A stretch of DNA of 64,000 bases from the human T2T-CHM13v2.0 reference genome, Homo sapiens, in the NCBI RefSeq assembly GCF_009914755.1, contig NC_060937.1; one strand, written 5' to 3'. This document shows positions 54,217 through 64,000 of the stretch, in pieces. The notes beneath the pieces are model-generated. The model was not told the DNA's origin. It made no database searches and worked only from the letters and a program-made list of their open reading frames with translations. Within the stretch, counting starts at the first letter, position 1; the number at the start of each line of letters is the position of its first letter. The translations under genes and the position numbers were made by a program.

Positions 54217-57200
54217 TCTGTGACTTGAATGCAGATATCACCAAGTAGTTTCTAATAGTGCTTCTGTCTAGATTTTAGATGATGATATTCCCGTTTCCAA
54301 CGAAATCGTTAGAGCTATCCAAATATCCACTTACAGTTTCTACAAAAAGAGTGTTTCCAAACTGCTGCATCAAAAGAAAGGTTCAACTCTGTTAGTTGAG
54401 GACACACATCACAAAGAAGTTTGTGAGAATGCTTCTGTCTAGATTTTGTATGACCATATTCCCTTTTCCAGCGATATCATTAAAGCAATCTAAATATCCA
54501 TTTGCAGAATCCACAAAATTAGAGTTTCAAAGCTGCTCTGTAAAAAGAAAGGTTCCACTCTGTTAGCTGAGTACACACATCACAAACTTGTTTCTCAGAA
54601 TCCTTCTGTCTCGTTTTTATGGGAAGATATTTACTTTTTCACCGTAGGCATCAAAGCGCTCCAAATGTCCACATCCAGATACTCCAGAAAGAGTGTTTCA
54701 AACCTGCTCTATGAAAGGGAATCTTCAACTCTATGAGTTGAATGCAGACATCAGAAAGAAATTTCTGAGAATGCTGCTGTCTACCTTTTATTTGAACTCC
54801 CGCTTCCAACGAAATCCTCCAAGCTATCCAAATATCCACTTGCATTTTCCACAAAAAGAGTGCTTCAAAACTGCTCTATCAATAAATGTTCAACTCCTTT
54901 AGCTGGGTGCACACATCACAAACAAGTTTCTGAGAATGCTTCTGTCTAGTTTTTATGGGAAGACATTCCCTTTTTCACCAAAGGCATCAAAGCGCTCCAA
55001 ATGTCCACTTCCAGACACTACAAAAAGAGTGTTTCCAACGTGCTCTAAGAAAGCGAATGTTCAACTCTGTGACTTGAATGCAGATATCACAAAGTAGTTT
55101 CTGAGAGGGCTTCTGTCTAGATTTTAGATGATGATATTCCCGTTTCCAACGAAATCATTAGAGCTATCCAAATATCCACTTACAGTTTCTACAAAAAGAG
55201 TGTTTCCAAACTGCTGCATCAAAAGAGAGGTTCCACTCTGTTAGCTGAGTACACACATCACAAACTTGTTTCTGAGAATCCTTCTGTGTCGTTTTTATGG
55301 GAAGATATTTACTTTTTCACCGTAGGCATCAAAGCGCTCCAAATGTCCACATCCAGATACTCCAGAAAGAGTGTTTCAAACCTGCTCTATGAAAGGGAAT
55401 CTTCAACTCTATGAGTTGAATGCAGACATCAGAAAGAAATTTCTGAGAATGCTGCTGTCTACCTTTTATTTGAATTCCCGCTTCCAACGAAATCCTCCAA
55501 GCTATCCAAATATCCACTTGCAGATTCCACAAAAAGAGTGTTTCAAAACTGCTCTCTATCAATGGCAAAGTTCAACTCTGTTAGTTGAGGACACATATCA
55601 CCAACAAGTTTCTGAGAATGCTTCTGTCTATTTTTTATGGGAAGATATTTCCTTTTTCACCGTAGGCGTCAAGGCGATCGAAATGTCCACTTCCACAAAC
55701 TACAAAAAGAGTGTTTCAAACCTGCTCTATGAAAGGCCATGTTCATCTCTATGAGTCGAATGGAAATATCCGAAAGAAATTTCTGGGAATGCTGCTGTCT
55801 AGTTTTTATACGAATTCCCGCTTCCAACGAAATCCTCAAAGCAATCCAAATATCCACTTGCAGAATCCACAAAAAGAGTGTTTCAAAACTGCTCTATCAA
55901 TAGAAAGGTTCAACTCTTTTAGTTGAGTACACACATCACAAACAAGTTTCTGAGAATGCTTCTGTCTGGCTTTTATTGGAAGACGTTTCCTTTTCACCAA
56001 AGGCATCAAAGCGCTCCAAATGTCCACTTCCAGATTCTTCCAAAAGAGTGTTTGAAACGTGCTCAAAGTAAGGGAATGTTCAACTCTGTGACTTGAATGC
56101 AGATATCACCAAGTAGTTTCTAATAGTGCTTCTGTCTAGATTTTAGATGATGATATTCCCGTTTCCAACGAAATCGTTAGAGCTATCCAAATATCCACTT
56201 ACAGTTTCTACAAAAAGAGTGTTTCCAAACTGCTGCATCAAAAGAAAGGTTCAACTCTGTTAGTTGAGGACACACATCACAAAGAAGTTTGTGAGAATGC
56301 TTCTGTCTAGATTTTGTATGACCATATTCCCTTTTCCAGCGATATCATTAAAGCAATCTAAATATCCATTTGCAGAATCCACAAAAATAGAGTTTCAAAG
56401 CTGCTCTGTAAAAAGAAAGGTTCCACTCTGTTAGCTGAGTACACACATCACAAACTTGTTTCTGAGAATCCTTCTGTCTCGTTTTTATGGGAAGATATTT
56501 ACTTTTTCACCGTAGGCATCAAAGCGCTCCAAATGTCCACATCCAGATACTCCAGAAAGAGTGTTTCAAACCTGCTCTATGAAAGGGAATCTTCAACTCT
56601 ATGAGTTGAATGCAGACATCAGAAAGAAATTTCTGAGAATGCTGCTGTCTACCTTTTATTTGAATTCCCGCTTCCAACGAAATCCTCCAAGCTATCCAAA
56701 TATCCACCTGCATTTTCCACAAAAAGAGCGTTTCAAAACTGCTCTATCAATAGAAATGTTCAACTCCTTTGGCTGGGTACACACATCACAAACAAGTTTC
56801 TGAGAATGCTTCTGTCTAGTTTTTATGGGAAGACATTCCCTTTTTCACCAAAGGCATCAAAGCGCTCCAAATGTCCACTTCCAGACACTACAAAAAGAGT
56901 GTTTCCAACGTGCTCTAAGAAAGCGAATGTTCAACTCTGTGACTTGAATGCAGATATCACAAAGTAGTTTCTGAGAGGGCTTCTGTCTAGATTTTAGATG
57001 ATGATATTCCCGTTTCCAACGAAATCATTAGAGCTATCCAAATATCCACTTACAGTTTCTACAAAAAGAGTGTTTCCAAACTGCTGCATCAAAAGAGAGG
57101 TTCCACTCTGTTAGCTGAGTACACACATCACAAACTTGTTTCTCAGAATCCTTCTGTCTCGTTTTTCTGGGAAGATATTTACTTTTTCACCGTAGGCATC

Positions 57201-59822
57201 AAAGCGCTCCAAATGTCCACATCCAGATACTCCAGAAAGAGTGTTTCAAACCTGCTCTATGAAAGGGAATCTTCAACTCTATGAGTTGAATGCAGACATC
57301 AGAAAGAAATTTCTGAGAATGCTGCTGTCTACCTTTTATTTGAATTCCCGCTTCCAACGAAATCCTCCAAGCTATCCAAATATCCACTTGCAGATTCCAC
57401 AAAAAGAGTGTTTCAAAACTGCTCTCTATCAATGGCAAAGTTCAACTCTGTTAGTTGAGGACACATATCACCAACAAGTTTCTGAGAATGCTTCTGTCTA
57501 TTTTTTATGGGAAGATATTTCCTTTTTCACCGTAGGCGTCAAGGCGATCGAAATGTCCACTTCCACAAACTACAAAAAGAGTGTTTCAAACCTGCTCTAT
57601 GAAAGGCCATGTTCATCTCTATGAGTCGAATGGAAATATCCGAAAGAAATTTCTGGGAATGCTGCTGTCTAGTTTTTATACGAATTCCCGCTTCCAACGA
57701 AATCCTCAAAGCAATCCAAATATCCACTTGCAGAATCCACAAAAAGAGTGTTTCAAAACTGCTCTATCAATAGAAAGGTTCAACTCTTTTAGTTGAGTAC
57801 ACACATCACAAACAAGTTTCTGAGAATGCTTCTGTCTGGCTTTTATTGGAAGACGTTTCCTTTTCACCAAAGGCATCAAAGCGCTCCAAATGTCCACTTC
57901 CAGATTCTTCCAAAAGAGTGTTTGAAACGTGCTCAAAGTAAGGGAATGTTCAACTCTGTGACTTGAATGCAGATATCACCAAGTAGTTTCTAATAGTGCT
58001 TCTGTCTAGATTTTAGATGATGATATTCCCGTTTCCAACGAAATCGTTAGAGCTATCCAAATATCCACTTACAGTTTCTACAAAAAGAGTGTTTCCAAAC
58101 TGCTGCATCAAAAGAAAGGTTCAACTCTGTTAGTTGAGGACACACATCACAAAGAAGTTTGTGAGAATGCTTCTGTCTAGATTTTGTATGACCATATTCC
58201 CTTTTCCAGCGATATCATTAAAGCAATCTAAATATCCATTTGCAGAATCCACAAAAATAGAGTTTCAAAGCTGCTCTGTAAAAAGAAAGGTTCCACTCTG
58301 TTAGCTGAGTACACACATCACAAACTTGTTTCTCAGAATCCTTCTGTCTCGTTTTTATGGGAAGATATTTACTTTTTCACCGTAGGCATCAAAGCGCTCC
58401 AAATGTCCACATCCAGATACTCCAGAAAGAGTGTTTCAAACCTGCTCTATGAAAGGGAATCTTCAACTCTATGAGTTGAATGCAGACATCAGAAAGAAAT
58501 TTCTGAGAATGCTGCTGTCTACCTTTTATTTGAACTCCCGCTTCCAACGAAATCCTCCAAGCTATCCAAATATCCACTTGCATTTTCCACAAAAAGAGTG
58601 CTTCAAAACTGCTCTATCAATAAATGTTCAACTCCTTTAGCTGGGTGCACACATCACAAACAAGTTTCTGAGAATGCTTCTGTCTAGTTTTTATGGGAAG
58701 ACATTCCCTTTTTCACCAAAGGCATCAAAGCGCTCCAAATGTCCACTTCCAGACACTACAAAAAGAGTGTTTCCAACGTGCTCTAAGAAAGCGAATGTTC
58801 AACTCTGTGACTTGAATGCAGATATCACAAAGTAGTTTCTGAGAGGGCTTCTGTCTAGATTTTAGATGATGATATTCCCGTTTCCAACGAAATCATTAGA
58901 GCTATCCAAATATCCACTTACAGTTTCTACAAAAAGAGTGTTTCCAAACTGCTGCATCAAAAGAGAGGTTCCACTCTGTTAGCTGAGTACACACATCACA
59001 AACTTGTTTCTGAGAATCCTTCTGTGTCGTTTTTATGGGAAGATATTTACTTTTTCACCGTAGGCATCAAAGCGCTCCAAATGTCCACATCCAGATACTC
59101 CAGAAAGAGTGTTTCAAACCTGCTCTATGAAAGGGAATCTTCAACTCTATGAGTTGAATGCAGACATCAGAAAGAAATTTCTGAGAATGCTGCTGTCTAC
59201 CTTTTATTTGAATTCCCGCTTCCAACGAAATCCTCCAAGCTATCCAAATATCCACTTGCAGATTCCACAAAAAGAGTGTTTCAAAACTGCTCTCTATCAA
59301 TGGCAAAGTTCAACTCTGTTAGTTGAGGACACATATCACCAACAAGTTTCTGAGAATGCTTCTGTCTATTTTTTATGGGAAGATATTTCCTTTTTCACCG
59401 TAGGCGTCAAGGCGATCGAAATGTCCACTTCCACAAACTACAAAAAGAGTGTTTCAAACCTGCTCTATGAAAGGCCATGTTCATCTCTATGAGTCGAATG
59501 GAAATATCCGAAAGAAATTTCTGGGAATGCTGCTGTCTAGTTTTTATACGAATTCCCGCTTCCAACGAAATCCTCAAAGCAATCCAAATATCCACTTGCA
59601 GAATCCACAAAAAGAGTGTTTCAAAACTGCTCTATCAATAGAAAGGTTCAACTCTTTTAGTTGAGTACACACATCACAAACAAGTTTCTGAGAATGCTTC
59701 TGTCTGGCTTTTATTGGAAGACGTTTCCTTTTCACCAAAGGCATCAAAGCGCTCCAAATGTCCACTTCCAGATTCTTCCAAAAGAGTGTTTGAAACGTGC
59801 TCAAAGTAAGGGAATGTTCAAC
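54217..59822 (-). repeat. Three consecutive 11-mers: A (54217-56084), B (56085-57954), A (57955-59822)
   Basis: Steps of 678, 680 and 678 at anchors 54651, 56519 and 58389, with matching markers. Confidence 0.93.
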
Positions 59823-62202
59823 TCTGTGACTTGAATGCAGATATCACCAAGTAGTTTCTAATAGTGCTTCTGTCTAGATTTTAGATGATGATATTCCCGT
59901 TTCCAACGAAATCGTTAGAGCTATCCAAATATCCACTTACAGTTGCTACAAAAACAGTGTTTCCAAACTGCTGCATCAAAAGAAAGGTTCAACTCTGTTA
60001 GTTGAGGACACACGTCACAAAGAAGTTTGTGAGAATGCTTCTGTCTAGATTTTGTATGACGATATTCCCTTTTCCAACGATATCGTTAAAGCAATCTAAA
60101 TATCCATTTGCAGAATCCACAAAAATAGAGTTTCAAAGCTGCTCTGTAAAAAGAAAGGTTCCACTCTGTTAGCTGAGTACACACATCACAAACTTGTTTC
60201 TCAGAATCCTTCTGTCTCGTTTTTATGGGAAGATATTTACTTTTTCACCGTAGGCATCAAAGCGCTCCAAATGTCCACATCCAGATACTCCAGAAAGAGT
60301 GTTTCAAACCTGCTCTATGAAAGGGAATCTTCAACTCTATGAGTTGAATGCAGACATCAGAAAGAAATTTCTGAGAATGCTGCTGTCTACCTTTTATTTG
60401 AATTCCCGCTTCCAACGAAATCCTCCAAGCTATCCAAATATCCACTTGCAGATTCCACAAAAAGAGTGTTTCAAAACTGCTCTCTATCAATGGCAAAGTT
60501 CAACTCTGTTAGTTGAGGACACATATCACCAACAAGTTTCTGAGAATGCTTCTGTCTATTTTTTATGGGAAGATATTTCCTTTTTCACCGTAGGCGTCAA
60601 GGCGATCGAAATGTCCACTTCCACAAACTACAAAAAGAGTGTTTCAAACCTGCTCTATGAAAGGCCATGTTCATCTCTATGAGTCGAATGGAAATATCCG
60701 AAAGAAATTTCTGGGAATGCTGCTGTCTAGTTTTTATACGAATTCCCGCTTCCAACGAAATCCTCAAAGCAATCCAAATATCCACTTGCAGAATCCACAA
60801 AAAGAGTGTTTCAAAACTGCTCTATCAATAGAAAGGTTCAACTCTTTTAGTTGAGTACACACATCACAAACAAGTTTCTGAGAATGCTTCTGTCTGGCTT
60901 TTATTGGAAGACGTTTCCTTTTCACCAAAGGCATCAAAGCGCTCCAAATGTCCACTTCCAGATTCTTCCAAAAGAGTGTTTGAAACGTGCTCAAAGTAAG
61001 GGAATGTTCAACTCTGTGACTTGAATGCAGATATCACCAAGTAGTTTCTAATAGTGCTTCTGTCTAGATTTTAGATGATGATATTCCCGTTTCCAACGAA
61101 ATCGTTAGAGCTATCCAAATATCCACTTACAGTTGCTACAAAAACAGTGTTTCCAAACTGCTGCATCAAAAGAAAGGTTCAACTCTGTTAGTTGAGGACA
61201 CACGTCACAAAGAAGTTTGTGAGAATGCTTCTGTCTAGATTTTGTATGACGATATTCCCTTTTCCAACGATATCGTTAAAGCAATCTAAATATCCATTTG
61301 CAGAATCCACAAAAATAGAGTTTCAAAGCTGCTCTGTAAAAAGAAAGGTTCCACTCTGTTAGCTGAGTACACACATCACAAACTTGTTTCTCAGAATCCT
61401 TCTGTCTCGTTTTTATGGGAAGATATTTACTTTTTCACCGTAGGCATCAAAGCGCTCCAAATGTCCACATCCAGATACTCCAGAAAGAGTGTTTCAAACC
61501 TGCTCTATGAAAGGGAATCTTCAACTCTATGAGTTGAATGCAGACATCAGAAAGAAATTTCTGAGAATGCTGCTGTCTACCTTTTATTTGAATTCCCGCT
61601 TCCAACGAAATCCTCCAAGCTATCCAAATATCCACTTGCAGATTCCACAAAAAGAGTGTTTCAAAACTGCTCTCTATCAATGGCAAAGTTCAACTCTGTT
61701 AGTTGAGGACACATATCACCAACAAGTTTCTGAGAATGCTTCTGTCTATTTTTTATGGGAAGATATTTCCTTTTTCACCGTAGGCATCAAGGCGATCGAA
61801 ATGTCCACTTCCACAAACTACAAAAAGAGTGTTTCAAACCTGCTCTATGAAAGGCCATGTTCATCTCTATGAGTCGAATGGAAATATCCGAAAGAAATTT
61901 CTGGGAATGCTGCTGTCTAGTTTTTATACGAATTCCCGCTTCCAACGAAATCCTCAAAGCAATCCAAATATCCACTTGCAGAATCCACAAAAAGAGTGTT
62001 TCAAAACTGCTCTATCAATAGAAAGGTTCAACTCTTTTAGTTGAGTACACACATCACAAACAAGTTTCTGAGAATGCTTCTGTCTGGCTTTTATTGGAAG
62101 ACGTTTCCTTTTCACCAAAGGCATCAAAGCGCTCCAAATGTCCACTTCCAGATTCTTCCAAAAGAGTGTTTGAAACGTGCTCAAAGTAAGGGAATGTTCA
62201 AC
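59823..62202 (-). repeat. 2 tandem 7-mer HORs
   Basis: Anchors 60257, 61447. Confidence 0.93.
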
Positions 62203-64000
62203 TCTGTGACTTGAATGCAGATATCACCAAGTAGTTTCTAATAGTGCTTCTGTCTAGATTTTAGATGATGATATTCCCGTTTCCAACGAAATCGTTAGAG
62301 CTATCCAAATATCCACTTACAGTTTCTACAAAAAGAGTGTTTCCAAACTGCTGCATCAAAAGAAAGGTTCAACTCTGTTAGTTGAGGACACACATCACAA
62401 AGAAGTTTGTGAGAATGCTTCTGTCTAGATTTTGTATGACCATATTCCCTTTTCCAGCGATATCATTAAAGCAATCTAAATATCCATTTGCAGAATCCAC
62501 AAAATTAGAGTTTCAAAGCTGCTCTGTAAAAAGAAAGGTTCCACTCTGTTAGCTGAGTACACACATCACAAACTTGTTTCTCAGAATCCTTCTGTCTCGT
62601 TTTTATGGGAAGATATTTACTTTTTCACCGTAGGCATCAAAGCGCTCCAAATGTCCACATCCAGATACTCCAGAAAGAGTGTTTCAAACCTGCTCTATGA
62701 AAGGGAATCTTCAACTCTATGAGTTGAATGCAGACATCAGAAAGAAATTTCTGAGAATGCTGCTGTCTACCTTTTATTTGAATTCCCGCTTCCAACGAAA
62801 TCCTCCAAGCTATCCAAATATCCACCTGCATTTTCCACAAAAAGAGCGTTTCAAAACTGCTCTATCAATAGAAATGTTCAACTCCTTTGGCTGGGTACAC
62901 ACATCACAAACAAGTTTCTGAGAATGCTTCTGTCTAGTTTTTATGGGAAGACATTCCCTTTTTCACCAAAGGCATCAAAGCGCTCCAAATGTCCACTTCC
63001 AGACACTACAAAAAGAGTGTTTCCAACGTGCTCTAAGAAAGCGAATGTTCAACTCTGTGACTTGAATGCAGATATCACAAAGTAGTTTCTGAGAGGGCTT
63101 CTGTCTAGATTTTAGATGATGATATTCCCGTTTCCAACGAAATCATTAGAGCTATCCAAATATCCACTTACAGTTTCTACAAAAAGAGTATTTCCAAACT
63201 GCTGCATCAAAAGAGAGGTTCCACTCTGTTAGCTGAGTACACACATCACAAACTTGTTTCTCAGAATCCTTCTGTCTCGTTTTTCTGGGAAGATATTTAC
63301 TTTTTCACCGTAGGCATCAAAGCGCTCCAAATGTCCACATCCAGATACTCCAGAAAGAGTGTTTCAAACCTGCTCTATGAAAGGGAATCTTCAACTCTAT
63401 GAGTTGAATGCAGACATCAGAAAGAAATTTCTGAGAATGCTGCTGTCTACCTTTTATTTGAATTCCCGCTTCCAACGAAATCCTCCAAGCTATCCAAATA
63501 TCCACTTGCAGATTCCACAAAAAGAGTGTTTCAAAACTGCTCTCTATCAATGGCAAAGTTCAACTCTGTTAGTTGAGGACACATATCACCAACAAGTTTC
63601 TGAGAATGCTTCTGTCTATTTTTTATGGGAAGATATTTCCTTTTTCACCGTAGGCGTCAAGGCGATCGAAATGTCCACTTCCACAAACTACAAAAAGAGT
63701 GTTTCAAACCTGCTCTATGAAAGGCCATGTTCATCTCTATGAGTCGAATGGAAATATCCGAAAGAAATTTCTGGGAATGCTGCTGTCTAGTTTTTATACG
63801 AATTCCCGCTTCCAACGAAATCCTCAAAGCAATCCAAATATCCACTTGCAGAATCCACAAAAAGAGTGTTTCAAAACTGCTCTATCAATAGAAAGGTTCA
63901 ACTCTTTTAGTTGAGTACACACATCACAAACAAGTTTCTGAGAATGCTTCTGTCTGGCTTTTATTGGAAGACGTTTCCTTTTCACCAAAGGCATCAAAGC
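62203..64000 (-). repeat. 11-mer HOR, type B (truncated by window end)
   Basis: 680-bp step (62637 to 63317) and B markers. Confidence 0.92.

Larger units (their letters stand above)
1..64000 (-). repeat. Alpha-satellite (alphoid) HOR array, homogeneous active-type, probably D13Z1/D21Z1 family (SF2)
   Basis: Seen: continuous ~170-bp monomers with alphoid motifs (e.g. TTCAACTCTGTGACTTGAATGCA, AAGTTTCTGAGAATGCTTCTGTCT) and CENP-B box reverse complements TCCCGYTTCCAACGAAA. Exact periods are 1190, 1868 and 1870 bp: 24x1190+9x1868+10x1870=64072, i.e. the last unit is cut 72 bp short. Family assignment is inference from recalled properties of the chr13/21 11-mer. Confidence 0.98.

Noticed and set aside
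435-63914. About 260 short ORFs (67-162 aa) repeating on both strands
   Set aside because: They are translations of satellite monomers, overlap in several frames and resemble no protein family I recognise. Many start at GTG/TTG (e.g. 477 is GTG), and they appear or vanish with single random SNVs.
1-64000. CRISPR-like or other repeat-spacer system, or a hidden code in the 7/A/B order
   Set aside because: There are no unique spacers or cas-like genes. The unit order is explained by nested tandem duplications marked by shared SNVs.
1-64000. Embedded transposon (L1/Alu), inversion or non-satellite island
   Set aside because: Unit lengths account for the window exactly (42x1190+9x678+10x680 between anchors 435 and 63317). 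Orientation is constant, and I saw no poly-A tail or target-site duplication.
1-64000. Alternative assignment to other SF2 arrays with 7/11-mers (chr8 D8Z2, chr9 D9Z4)
   Set aside because: Less favoured because the 680-bp EcoRI tetramer, five boxes per 11-mer and recalled diagnostic oligos fit the 13/21 family. It is not formally excluded without a BLAST/HMM search.

Overview
The whole 64 kb is one uninterrupted, single-orientation array of primate (almost certainly human) centromeric alpha-satellite: ~170-bp monomers, with CENP-B boxes reading on the minus strand. It is organised as higher-order repeats (HORs): 24 copies of a 1190-bp 7-mer interleaved with 19 copies of an 11-mer, the last one truncated. 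The 11-mer comes in two haplotypes, 'A' (1868 bp, 9 copies) and 'B' (1870 bp, 10 copies). Unit order from position 1 is 7 7 7 7 A B 7 7 B 7 7 B 7 A B 7 A 7 7 7 A B 7 B 7 B 7 A 7 7 7 A 7 A B 7 7 A B A 7 7 B. The 11-mer length, five CENP-B boxes per 11-mer, the 680-bp EcoRI tetramer and diagnostic sequences recalled from memory best fit the SF2 D13Z1/D21Z1 family (S2C13/21H1L). The abundance of 7-mers favours chromosome 13, but this assignment is an inference, not a search result. I find no genes, RNA genes, transposons or CRISPR; all listed ORFs are repeat artefacts. I found no new gene system. The interesting signal is the array's internal architecture: how the 7-mer derives from the 11-mer, two interleaved 11-mer haplotypes, SNV-marked super-HOR duplications, chimeric units and one dead CENP-B box. 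All variant calls were made by eye and need confirmation by alignment.
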